Positions 27,583 through 37,985 of a stretch of 64,000 nt of DNA are shown piece by piece. This stretch comes from a virus (Duplodnaviria > Caudoviricetes), in IMG/VR virus record IMGVR_UViG_3300035497_000258, positions 32,001-96,000 of that record. The stretch is one strand, 5' to 3'. The notes under the pieces were generated by a model that saw only the letters and a program-made list of their open reading frames with translations, was not told the DNA's origin and made no database searches. Numbering within the stretch: position 1 is the stretch's first letter; each line of letters starts with the position of its first letter. Made by a program: the position numbers and the translations under genes.

Positions 27583-27669
27583 AAGGATTTATACCTCTAT
27601 TTTCTTATAAAGTTCTCTTTATTAGTTATAAAAAATCAACTAATTGTATTAAATAAATCTGTCCTAGTC

Positions 27670-30319
27670 TTAGTTAAAGAACATCCAATCTTTAGCGTTA
27701 AATCTCTTTTTTCTTTTGACGTTATCTTCTTCTTGTCTAATATAATATAATCCATAACATAAAGCAGAAAATTTATCTTTTTTAATTGATTTACTTGATT
27801 GTTTTAATATAATATTTATACCTTCACGCTCTTCATAAAGATTAAGTAATTCTTCCTTTAATGTAGAGGTTAAAGTAAATGGCATAAGGTATTCCTCACG
27901 CTTTTCAGGAGTCATATTCTAGCCAACCTTAGTACCCATTAGTTTGTTTTTAGCCAATCTAGGTTCAATAAGGAATTTTAATCTACCACTATTAAGCGCA
28001 GACTAGACTGTAGAATATGCTTCTGTATTGATAGGAGCATTAGCTTTAATAATATAAATTGCTCCATCTTCCGTGTCGTTAGTTCTGAACTTTTTATAAA
28101 AACCTTCTTTATCATTATAGATACCAAAAGGAGGTAAAACCTCACCTTCATGTGTTAGCTAGGCCTTTACCATATAATCTAGAAGTCCAATGCCTACATT
28201 ACATTCTATATAAAACGCTACTCTTATATACGTTCTCTCATGAACTGCTTGCGGTTTCCCGCAAGATTAGACCATATCATCTTCTCATTGAGAAGCTTTC
28301 CGCTTCCACTATCAATAGCTTATAGTGTACTCTCTTTCGAGATGGTCGTTGAACTTTTTCCTTTAAAAAGGAACTTAGCTGCTGATTAGCATATCTTTCG
28401 ACTTAGCTTTCCAGCAATTCAAAAAGTTTGCTTATGCTGTCGCCAACATAAGGGGCTAAACATTTAACCCGTTGCCATCTATCACAACACGTCTAGCATT
28501 ATATTTATAAAAAGTCTCCTTGATTTTAATTGCCTAATCTTCGAAGTGTCCATCTTCTATAGTGTAAATATTAACTAAAGATTTAACAGATTCTCCTTGC
28601 GCGTGCGGCGTTACCTTGAAGACCAAGATCTCGCTATTACACCCCTTACGACCTACATCGACCGCAAGTATATAATATTGACCTTTTGTTGACTTAATAG
28701 TTGCTTCATATTCAGGTTTTTGTAATGTACGGTTAGCGTCAAAGCGCTCACCATCGAAGAAAGCACCCTCCGCAGTTCCAGTCCACTAGCTGCCCAATTA
28801 TCTTAAATACTAGTCGAATTATTCTAGTATCCATATACTGCTTTATCTTTCGATAAAGTTGAGACTATATCATTATTTAAATATATTTAAATATTTTGCA
28901 CTTCGATTTAAGGGGTTTTCACCCACGCCATTATATTCTTGCGCCCTACTCCTATTGTCTTTATGACCTATGGGATAGTCGTTGAACTTTTCTCTATTCG
29001 AGACTTAGCTGCTGATTACCCAATTTGCTTAATTTTCAAACATTCGCACTTAAGTTTATTTCATCTTTATGCTGTAGTTTAAGCAACTCTAAGGGCCTTC
29101 CAGCAATTCACAAAATTTATAGAGTACAGTCTTTTATACTCTCGGTCGAAGGAAGCTTCATCGAAAGTTCCCTCTCTCTTTAAATCACTGACGAAATCCT
29201 TATTAAGCATCCCTGCAAGCACAGGAACTCTATAAGTACCACCTAATATGAAAGCTTTTTCAGGTTCTACTATCATCTAAACAAGAGTAGTGATAAGTTT
29301 TTGGTAAGCGAAACTACCCTTATAACCTGCGGTCGTTATATATAACTAAGCCTAGTTTAAAACTTCATCCTAGTCCTATGAGCCATCTGCCCGCAATCGC
29401 GCAACGTTCATTGTAGGAATTAGAACTTCTTGTAGAATTTTACCATCCATACTAGCACATTCCTCTAATACCCCAGCGTTACGACGTTTACCTCTTGTCC
29501 GCTCATTTGCCGCAAGGTTATCTATAAATGATTTATTTTTAAACCTGTATATACAGTAGTCTTTACTCTCTTTTGTTTTACCTGGTCGTCTATCAATCTC
29601 GTTATCAAATGCAGGAATCATTCGACATATTTCATCCATTTTTTCTTGCAGGATTCCAGCGCTCTGTTGTTTGCCTCCTGCGGAAGTAAATAGTTTAGCA
29701 TTTGGATACAATATAGCTCGTATTATAAGGATTAAAACCGAGAGGAATGATTTACTATCATTGTATTCTAATAAGTGCGCAACTACTTATTACGTTCTCT
29801 TATGAACTGCTTACGGTTTCCCGCAAGATTAGACTATATCTTCATCTCATTTAAATAAATGAGAGTTCCCTATTTCGATTTAAGGGATTTTCACCCACCC
29901 CGTTAGCTTGGGCCCTACTCCTATTGCTCCTATTTCCGCGGGAGCTAAAGGATAGTCGTTGAAGCTTATTTCGTTGCCTGCGGATTCCCATGCTTAGAAG
30001 CGCACAAAATCTAAGTTTAGGGTTCCCGCAATTAAAGGAATTAGGGCAATATCATTCACCCACGCGGATAGACGCAATACACATAGCGATATCGCATTGC
30101 GACTCTTAAAAATACTCTCTAATAAAACTAGAGTTCAAGTTCTTTCTTTCTTGTATCATCTCTACCAGTTTGCATGAAATCCACAAATATATCTGGATAC
30201 ATCCTCCACTAAGCTACATACTATCCAGCAATAGGAAGAATAGCTTTAACTCGCTCTTCTGATAGACCAATTTTATTTCCTCTAGCTTGAGAAAGATTTA
30301 ATAAGTCTTGGAGTGCCAT
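27670..30319 (-). CDS. terL: Terminase large subunit, spliced (30319-30058, 29758-29136, 28794-28467, 28196-27670; 579 aa), TAG=Gln
   Basis: Splicing restores Walker A PRGYSKS, FDREYGSQWTG and the nuclease motif DGNGLGIGL; also RGKRR..GVLEE (Walker B), ITTAG, AVDVGR and KDKFSAL; exon total 1740 nt. Confidence 0.93.
28197..28466 (-). ncRNA. ORF-less group I intron 3 of terL (270 nt)
   Basis: GGG T joined to TA GGC gives G-L-G; Q AATCAGCAGC, R TTCAACGACCA, S ATGATATGGTC; terminal G. Confidence 0.9.
28795..29135 (-). ncRNA. ORF-less group I intron 2 of terL (341 nt)
   Basis: GAG TAT joined to GGC AGC; Q AATCAGCAGC, R TTCAACGACTA, S ATGATATAGTC; terminal G. Confidence 0.9.
29759..30057 (-). ncRNA. 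ORF-less group I intron 1 of terL (299 nt), inside the Walker A codons
   Basis: GGG T joined to AT AGT AAA gives G-Y-S-K; Q AATCCGCAGG, R TTCAACGACTA, S AAGATATAGTC; terminal G. Confidence 0.9.
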
Positions 30320-31578
30320 TAAATCTCCCCCTTTATAGCTAATTCGTGAAGATACTCCATATCTTCTTCGCTCATTTTCTCTTCTTCTTCATAGAACTCT
30401 TGGAAATCTTCTGTGCGGAGCTCATGGTAAGAATCCTTGTAATCAAACAAATGTTCTTCCGCCATAACTTCATCATTCTCGTCATAACCTAATTCGCCAG
30501 CCTCTTTAATAGTTTGCCGCTCATCTTCAAGCTGTCGAATTGCATTTTCGATAAGATTACCAAGTCCCATTTCCTCAGTAACAAGAGTATGAACGTAGTG
30601 TTGTGTATCTTCTATAACTCTATCTACTTTATCTTTAGGTTTATCGACATAGTATTTAGGAATGTAGCCATCTTGTTCACAAAGAACAACTAACTCGCCT
30701 ACTGCATCAATAAACTCGCCCTATTCCGCTTTATTCTAGACGGCGGTAAATTTCCCGCTTTTCATAAGGGTGTCATAGGCCTTGAGCATTTTCTGAAAGT
30801 TATCTATGTCTCCCGCATCTAAAAGCTAATTGGCTTTAAGGGAAGTCTTGCAGAGTTTAATTAAAGTATCTTTATGGCCGGCAGTTTGAATATCATAAGA
30901 AGCCATCATATCATTGTAGAATTGCTCTAATTGAACCCACTCGCTGGGCCGATAGCTAGTTCCCCATTTAATGCGGAGATAAGTTGTATCTTCTTCTGTT
31001 AGCCCAAGATTTTTTTCTTCTTCCAGTATTTCCTAAACAGAAGGAAAGAGTGATGATGTGCCGGAGTCGGAGCTATTAGGATCCTCTTTTCCGGAGATCG
31101 GCAGTTGGGCACTTTCTTCTTCAACTAAACTTATCCACCCAGGTGCCTTTATTAGCTCCTTGTCCTATGCGAGTTCAACCTAGATCTCATCCTCCGATAA
31201 GCCGGAATCCCGCATTGTCTATATGCGCTTTTCCTCTATTTCAGCTTCTATCCGCTCAGTATCGGCCCATCGCGCGGTCTTCCACTGCGACAGCCGCATT
31301 TTAGAGAGATATTTACCTAAGATTGTTTTTCCTGTTAGTGCCTCTAAGTCATTTTCATATTTCTTTAGAAGGCTATCCCATTGTGTTTTGATGTATGGGA
31401 CATCTATTTCTTTGAGTAGAGGCTTAAAAGTCTCTGGGTCAAAGTTATCCACAAGCATCGTCGCGCATTTTTTACACTCGTTAAGCTTGCCATTGGGATA
31501 TTTTTCTAAATTATAAGAAGAGTAAAACTCAGAAGCGTTCATTGTTTGTCTGCAAGTTTTACAATAACATTGTTCCAT
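30319..31578 (-). CDS. Zn-finger protein upstream of terL (419 aa), candidate terminase small subunit, TAG=Gln
   Basis: CxxC...CxxC N-terminus; track ORFs 31219-31599 and 30319-30570 are in frame via TAG; stop overlaps the terL ATG (TAATG). Confidence 0.6.
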
Positions 31579-31580
31579 TG

Positions 31581-32615
31581 TCAGCCCTTCTTTCTGCAAC
31601 TTCTACAGGACTTGCAAATACTGTAGAAAGTATCTTTACTTGCATTATTTCTTGAAAAAAAGATACTGTGGCTTGGCTTTTTTTGCCCACAACGAGAACA
31701 TTTCTTAAAAGGAAGGTCTCTGTAGTGATAATACCAGATTAGATACTCCTCTATAGCGGCGTGCGCAATTAGTTTTGGGATTTTAGTAACCCAGAGATTT
31801 GAGATGTACTCGATAGAGTATGTGGAATCGAATATTTCGCTAAGTCCTTGCTATATTTCAAGATTAGAAGCGCCATCGATCTTGCGCTCGCACACATATT
31901 TTAGTTTAGGCTCGTCCGCAAGAGCTTTGTCGCAAACTCGGTCGAAAGATTCTAAGAGATACCACATATCACCCTCGAATTTACCGTAGGCGTCTTGCCG
32001 CAACTTGGAGTAATTTTGGAGGATTGCACTTACTACTTCGGTACGTAGTAGAGATACTCCTTCTGCTGATATTTCGTAATTGGAGGGTACGGTGACGTGT
32101 TCATCAAGAGAAGGAAAAATGGACTGCGGGCGCGTCAGCTTTTTGGGGATTACAGGCTAGGTATAAGATTGCTTTATGACATACTAGTCTTTCCGCATAT
32201 CTATTATTGCTTTTTTCATTATAAAAGCATCTCTGCCGCTAGCTTTCTTGATAGCGCTCTACCATTGATCTAGCGACTCCCGCAGTTGAGAGAGAAAGGG
32301 AATTGTATCTAAATCGGTTTGTGTAATTGAAATTTTAGGGGTTAGAGGTGTTTGAATATCAGAAACTAGATTGTAAATTCCATCTTCGCCATTTTCGAGA
32401 GAGGAAACTAGGCCTTCGAAGGAAGTTTCTCGTTTATTGATGGTAGCAAGACGGTTTTCAGTAAGTAGTTTACGTTGTTTCTTTTCAAAGCCGAGTATAA
32501 GATAGTCAGCAAGCTTTTCAAGATATTGAGAAGGAGGATTAGGAGTTTCTTGAAGGATTTGGTCTACTAAAGCTTTGCGCTAGTCTAAATCGGTTATTGT
32601 ATAATCTAATTTTAT
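31581..32615 (-). CDS. Hypothetical protein (about 344 aa) with C-terminal Zn finger, TAG=Gln, apparent ATA start
   Basis: Reads IKLDYTITDLDQRK...KKCSRCGQKK...SICKSCR; GAGGTG RBS 8 nt before ATA. Confidence 0.6.
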
Positions 32616-33344
32616 TGGGTTTCACCTCTTTTTATTTTAGTATAACAAATTGTAAAGGGAATGTAAAAGTAAGTCGCTTCGCTTCTTACTTTTTGGGGCT
32701 TAGAAGCCGGAGCTTTGCTTTTTGAAAATTTTTTTGATAAGATTTAATGGAAGGAAAGGAATAGGAGTTAAAAATTATTTTAAAATTAAATATTGTATTT
32801 ATTAATACTGTGTTTTGAATTTAAAATTGAATATCGTGTTTTGAAATTGAAAATTGCTTTGGGAGATTGTTTGGAGCAGGGCGGAGCCGAATTAAAAAAA
32901 TAAAAAATTTTCTCCCGAATTACACCCCCGGGTACTTCGATACTTCAACCTCAAAAAAATTAGCGAGTACTACCTAACCCTCCGCTTTCAATTTTCATCT
33001 AGTTCAAAACAACCCGCCTAAATGAGACTTCATTTTTAAAATCAATTAACATTCAAAATCGTTCAAGTCTACGCTCAAATAATAAAAGTCTTACAAAAAG
33101 TAACAAAACAATTAAAATTTAACAATAAAATACTTTGTAAGAGAAACAAAAGAAAAAATACAAAGATACTTAAAGGTACTGAGTAGCCGCTCGACTCCAC
33201 GAGGATGTACCTTCCAGAGTCTGCAGGATTGCGAGAAAAGAGGTAGAATGTTTTCTAGTTTAAATTCAAAGCTGGACTGCTACTGGAAAATTTTACAAGT
33301 AGAACCAGGTTTTGGTAAACGGCGAGCAGCTATCTTGTCCTTTT

Positions 33345-33671
33345 GCTTTAGCGCACTAAAGTTCTACAGTTTAATACGTTAAAGTCCGAATTTCTGGAAA
33401 ATACTACCAATAGTGTAATTTTTTACCAATAAGCAGCCGCTCGCACTTTAGCACACTAAAGAGCTAAAGCATTGAAGTGGCAACCACTTTAGCGCACTAA
33501 AGTGTAACAGTGTAATACACTAAAGTGCTAACGCTTTAGCGCACTAAAGCGCTAAAGAGAACTAACATACTTTGTTAATAGGTTTAGTACTTTACTACGC
33601 TAAAGATTTAAAGTGATGAAGTACGTTCAGTTTCGCACGCTAAAGTGTTACAGTGCAGTGCGCTAAAGTGC
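33345..33671. repeat. Cluster of CTTTAG-N4-CTAAAG palindromes and TAAAG repeats
   Basis: CTTTAGCGCACTAAAG x3, CTTTAGCACACTAAAG and degenerate copies. Confidence 0.8.
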
Positions 33672-33896
33672 AGACCTTGTACTAAGTCGTGACTCACTTC
33701 CAACATTTTACAATTCTGGAGATTCGTCGAATTGCACAAAACAGAAGAAGAAACTTTGGCTCTTGTGAGATTCTACGAAATTAAGTTGATTCGATAGGTG
33801 GTATTGACGAAGGATCCAGAACTTGGTAAACCTACCAAGCGCTGGTACGTAGATTGTGCAGGATGCACAAGAAAGACGTTGTAAACTCTTTGTTCT

Positions 33897-33950
33897 TTGT
33901 GCATTTTACCACTTGCGGAAACGGTAGAATGATGGTATACTTTAGTCAAG
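33897..33950 (+). promoter_or_regulatory. Early promoter, near-identical copy at about 34792-34845
   Basis: TTGTGCATTTTACCACTTGCGGAAACGGTAGAATGATGGTATACTTTAGTCAAG (TTGCGG -35; extended -10 TGGTATACT). Confidence 0.7.
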
Positions 33951-33996
33951 CTCAAAGGAAAGAGCAAAACAATTTACTTTGAAAGGATTGAACGAC

Positions 33997-34284
33997 ATGA
34001 AAAAGGCAACGATGATTCTGGTAGCAGGTGCTATCATCGCAATGATGGTTCTTGCAGGATGCAACGCAACGGCTTGCGACTACCACGAAGGTAACTACGG
34101 TGAAACCTACGGCTTAGATGCTTGGGTTGTTGATGAAAACCTGTGGGGTACTGAGGACGGAAACCTCTGGGGCTACGATACAGAGGGATTTAAGGAAGGC
34201 ACCACCTACGTGATGATCCTGGCAGACAGCGATACACCACTAGACCAAACAGATGATGTAGTGTTTGGAGTGTATGAAGAGTAA
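33997..34284 (+). CDS. Small acidic lipoprotein
   Basis: MKK, hydrophobic stretch, then LAGC lipobox; AAAGGA RBS. Confidence 0.75.
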   Translation: MKKATMILVAGAIIAMMVLAGCNATACDYHEGNYGETYGLDAWVVDENLWGTEDGNLWGYDTEGFKEGTTYVMILADSDTPLDQTDDVVFGVYEE

Positions 34285-34536
34285 GCAAACAAGAGAAGGA
34301 AGAACAAAAGTTCTTCCTTTTTCTTTTGTAGTAATAGGTTACACAAGTACACGTAACTAGGTAACGTGGAAATCCAGTATTTTCCAAAACTGGTAAGATC
34401 TGGATTCAGCGCTTTGCACAATTCGACCGTGCGCATTTTGTCTATTTTGCCGCTTGTATTTCTGCTGTTTTCTGGTATAATGGAACCAAGATAAGGGAAG
34501 CGGATAACCCACTGAAACCGCAGAAAGGGATGCACT

Positions 34537-34737
34537 ATGACTAGATACAACAAAAGACTGAACGTGACATTCAATGTCATTGAAACAGAAGCGGAATACA
34601 AGGCAGAAGGTTTTGAGAACCATGAAATTTCCCTTGTCATGGAACACGATAGATTGTACAACCTTGACGTGATGGGATGCACCACGCCGGGTGAAAGAGA
34701 AAGAATGTTTGAACTGGTGGAAATACTTGGATTGTAA
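34537..34737 (+). CDS. Hypothetical early protein
   Basis: Own promoter (TGGTATAAT), RBS and terminator hairpin. Confidence 0.65.
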   Translation: MTRYNKRLNVTFNVIETEAEYKAEGFENHEISLVMEHDRLYNLDVMGCTTPGERERMFELVEILGL

Positions 34738-34867
34738 GGGCGAAAGCCCTTACTTTCTTTTGTAGAAATACACAATTCTAGCCTTCTGTTTTTGTGTATT
34801 TTACTACTTGCGGAAACGGTAGATTCATGGTATACTTTAGTCAAGATAAAGAAAGGAAGTGCTCCTA

Positions 34868-35011
34868 ATGTATGAATTTACTTTTCGTGATACCCTGACC
34901 AGTGAGATTATCATCCTCTTTGGCTATGATACCAAAGACGCATTTGAAAGAACGACTTTGGATAACAGTAACTGGAGATACAAATTTATAAGGATGGATG
35001 AAGCAGACTGA
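34868..35011 (+). CDS. Hypothetical 47-aa early protein
   Basis: Promoter, AAAGGAAG RBS and hairpin. Confidence 0.5.
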   Translation: MYEFTFRDTLTSEIIILFGYDTKDAFERTTLDNSNWRYKFIRMDEAD

Positions 35012-35187
35012 GGGGCAATGCCCCTCTTTCTTTTGGACAAACTGGCTACATGGTTACGCGTATCTAGGTAACCAGAGTTTGGCACTTTGCACAAATACAG
35101 CTTCAATTCTTTGGTTATTCTGCCTCTTGCTTTCTTTGAGAATTATGGTATAATAAATACAGAAATTAAGAAAAGGAAGTGCTCCAA

Positions 35188-35355
35188 ATGAAAATGACGA
35201 TTGAAGAATTGAGAACCGAATGGGCCGCATGGTGGGACGTTCATCCTGAAGCTGATGATATCGGCGCTATGATTTGCGGGTTTGCGGATGCTCACTCTAG
35301 TAACTTCGAAGAGTACAAGGAACTTGTCGAAGATATCTATGAGGTGTTCTACTAA
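35188..35355 (+). CDS. Hypothetical 55-aa early protein
   Basis: Promoter TGGTATAAT, RBS and AGAGGGCGAAAGCCCTCT terminator. Confidence 0.55.
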   Translation: MKMTIEELRTEWAAWWDVHPEADDIGAMICGFADAHSSNFEEYKELVEDIYEVFY

Positions 35356-35687
35356 GAGGGCGAAAGCCCTCTTTCGTCATTCTGCACAAAAATAATTTTC
35401 GTCAAATTGCACAAAAAATAAATTTGTTAGATTACACAAACTTTGAACGAGATTTTTGTGCACTTTGACCAATTACCAAAATTGGAAATTTTTGGCGACG
35501 GCGGCGCGCTTTCGACTGCTAAAGAGGAAGCGCGCCGTTTTTCCAATTATTTACATTTATACCGGAATTTTGATTGGTAAAAGCTGGAAATAAACCATTT
35601 TCTTCCATTCCCAAAATCTTCCAAAACTGGAATTGTAACTTCCAGAAATTGGTAAGGAAAAAATTTCCAAATCTGGAAGTAGCGCCT

Positions 35688-35915
35688 GCTTTCGCACGCT
35701 AAAGTGCTAAATACCTATTACCTAGTAGGTAAATGGGTAATCCGCTCGAGCGGCCGGGCAACCACTTTAGCACGCTAAAGTTCTAAAGTTTAGTGTGTTA
35801 AACCTACTAACCTAGTAGGGAAGTAGCTTTTGGGTTACACAGTTACGCGTATCTAGGTAACTAAACCTACTAACCCGGTAGGTAAGTCCGCTTTAGCAGT
35901 GTAAAGCGTAAAAGT
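35688..35915. repeat. Second CTTTAG/CTAAAG cluster with CCTACTAACCTAGTAGG repeats
   Basis: CTTTAGCACGCTAAAG, TTTCGCACGCTAAAG, and three CCTA(T/C)T(T/A)ACC(T/C)(A/G)GTAGG copies. Confidence 0.75.
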
Positions 35916-36490
35916 CCGAATTTGCGCACCCCATTCCATTATACCAGATTTTTTACCCGCTGTCCATTGACAAACTAGACAAAAAATTGATCCCGAATTT
36001 GTACACTTCGACGAATCGTGATTTTGCACAAATTTTGATCCCGGTTTTTGTGCAGGTTTACTAATTATGCAGATTGCACAAAGCAGGAGGTGAAAATTCG
36101 TGTACTTTGACGGATCCGGAAATTTGCACAAAGTTTGCGGGCGCCGATTGTGCAGGATGACGGCAACAGTTTGTCTACTGGGATCGGCTGGTAAACCTGG
36201 AAGCTAGATCCAGATTTTTTGTGCAGGCTGCACAATTTTGAGATCAAAATTTTGCTGTTATTTGTGCATTTAGGCTCTGGACAAACCAGGGGCGGCGGGT
36301 GTATAATGGGGGCACAGTTAAGGAAGGGACCCAAATCTTTGAAGGGAGAGCGGGCACGCGCACAAGGGGCCTCTTCCGGGCGGGCATAGGTCAGAATGCC
36401 CCGTGTACCTTGAAAACTGAATACCGGCATTTTCCAAAAACTACCAACACATATGGCTTTATGGCCTGATTCAAGAAAGGATTGTTTTAC

Positions 36491-36817
36491 ATGAAAACAA
36501 GAGAACGTGTAACACTGAAGGAATATATGCGTGTTGTGGAAAACCGCCCTGATTACTGGAATATCGACAGCATTGAGGTTGTTGTCCATACTCACTACGA
36601 TTGGTGGAAAAGAAAAACCCATAGATATTCCCCTTGGGAAATTCCTGCTGATTCCCACCTGTGGAATATGGAGATTCAAGCCGCCTATGTTCACCGGTTC
36701 GATGCCCCATATCTCCACTATAGGGACCTGTGCATCTACATTCTGGATGATGTTGACCCATTCTTTCCGAACGGTAGAGGTCTGGATCTAACCATGCTCC
36801 CCATCGAATTCATCTAA
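36491..36817 (+). CDS. Hypothetical early protein
   Basis: AAAGGATTG RBS and downstream hairpin. Confidence 0.65.
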   Translation: MKTRERVTLKEYMRVVENRPDYWNIDSIEVVVHTHYDWWKRKTHRYSPWEIPADSHLWNMEIQAAYVHRFDAPYLHYRDLCIYILDDVDPFFPNGRGLDLTMLPIEFI

Positions 36818-36891
36818 CCCCATAGGGCGCCGGGGTTTATACCCCGGCTTGCCCTGGCACCTTATCCGCTCGCTGATTCAAGAAAGAAGGT

Positions 36892-37119
36892 ATGTATATG
36901 GAATACAAATACTTCCTCTGCCAGGTGTGTGACCCTAACCCTGAATTCCTTAAGGACGGTGACAAGTTCATAAGGGCTTATATGGTTCATCATATGCCTT
37001 ATGGCGAACGACTTGAACCTAACGTTGAACTTTGGTTCATCCGCTACGAAAGAATCCGGGAAATCACAGAAGAAGAAGCAGAAAGACTCATGGTAAAAGA
37101 AGGTCTTTACTTCCTGTAA
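36892..37119 (+). CDS. Hypothetical early protein
   Basis: RBS and downstream hairpin. Confidence 0.6.
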   Translation: MYMEYKYFLCQVCDPNPEFLKDGDKFIRAYMVHHMPYGERLEPNVELWFIRYERIREITEEEAERLMVKEGLYFL

Positions 37120-37175
37120 TAACAAACATATCGGCCGGGGTGAAATTCCCCGGCCCACAAGAAAGGACGATACAC

Positions 37176-37499
37176 ATGACACTGAATGAGTACTATTCCA
37201 AGCTCTGGAACACTGAACACTACATCTCCGACATTGGCGAAACTTACCTCGAGCTTGGCAAGTCCACTATCCCGCTGTCTATGCTTGACAGTGATGACTG
37301 CCTCTGGAACTTCCGTGTTCTGTCTGCCCGGCAGAGCGATATCTGCTCTTGCCCCGACCTGTACGTCGAAATTGCCTATGACCCCAATGAAGATATCTGG
37401 GAAGCCTTCGGTATCTGCTTCATTGATAAGCCCTACGAATATGAGGAATGGGTTGACCTCGATGAAGAATGGGTCCTCTGCGAGGAATATGCAAAGTAA
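37176..37499 (+). CDS. Hypothetical acidic early protein
   Basis: AAAGGA RBS before ATG 37176; downstream hairpin. Confidence 0.65.
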   Translation: MTLNEYYSKLWNTEHYISDIGETYLELGKSTIPLSMLDSDDCLWNFRVLSARQSDICSCPDLYVEIAYDPNEDIWEAFGICFIDKPYEYEEWVDLDEEWVLCEEYAK

Positions 37500-37559
37500 G
37501 ACACAACAACAAAAGCCGGGGCTTATTGCCCCGGCGCAACAAAAGAAAGGATGATACAT

Positions 37560-37766
37560 ATGACACTGAGAATTTTCTTCCAGATCCCCGACCTTAGCGA
37601 TTATGACGAAACAAGGATTCATTACACAACTGAAAGCGGCAAGGCTGTTGCACGCCTTATTGAAGAAATTCCTCCCGACTCCCCCGTTTGGGACTACCAG
37701 GTTACCGACGCCGCCCCAATCAAATGGAAATCTACAACTGAATATGAAATATTCACCATACACTAA
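37560..37766 (+). CDS. Hypothetical early protein
   Basis: RBS and terminator GGGGCC-tatat-GGCCCC-T run. Confidence 0.6.
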   Translation: MTLRIFFQIPDLSDYDETRIHYTTESGKAVARLIEEIPPDSPVWDYQVTDAAPIKWKSTTEYEIFTIH

Positions 37767-37985
37767 GGGGCCTATATGGCCCCTTTTCTTTTGAAAATCG
37801 CATATGTTCCTTACTCCAGCAGCGCCCCGTTGGAAAATTCTACCAATTTGTATATGAAATTTTTCATTTCAATCCTATATGAATTTTGTACAGGTCTCTA
37901 GCCCCAAATTTGTGCACTTTGCCTCTTGCGGGGACCCCTGATTTGTGGTAAAATAGACTCAAGATAAAGAAAGGAAGTGCTTCAA

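Noticed and set aside
29079-29135. C-terminal KRLYSINF... extension of a terL ORF, and the MGRGN start at 17496
   Set aside because: Both are read-through into, or starts within, intron sequence
10930-30057. Inteins or IS elements as the interrupting sequences
   Set aside because: The inserts break the reading frame, lack transposases, terminal repeats and intein motifs, and carry group I core sequences
1-32615. Mass pseudogenisation or a decayed prophage suggested by the fragmented ORF track
   Set aside because: Breaks are almost all in-frame TAGs or introns; frames are preserved and full-length genes are recovered
33345-33671. Possible CRISPR array
   Set aside because: Repeats are short, degenerate and irregularly spaced, with no constant repeat-spacer period and no cas genes
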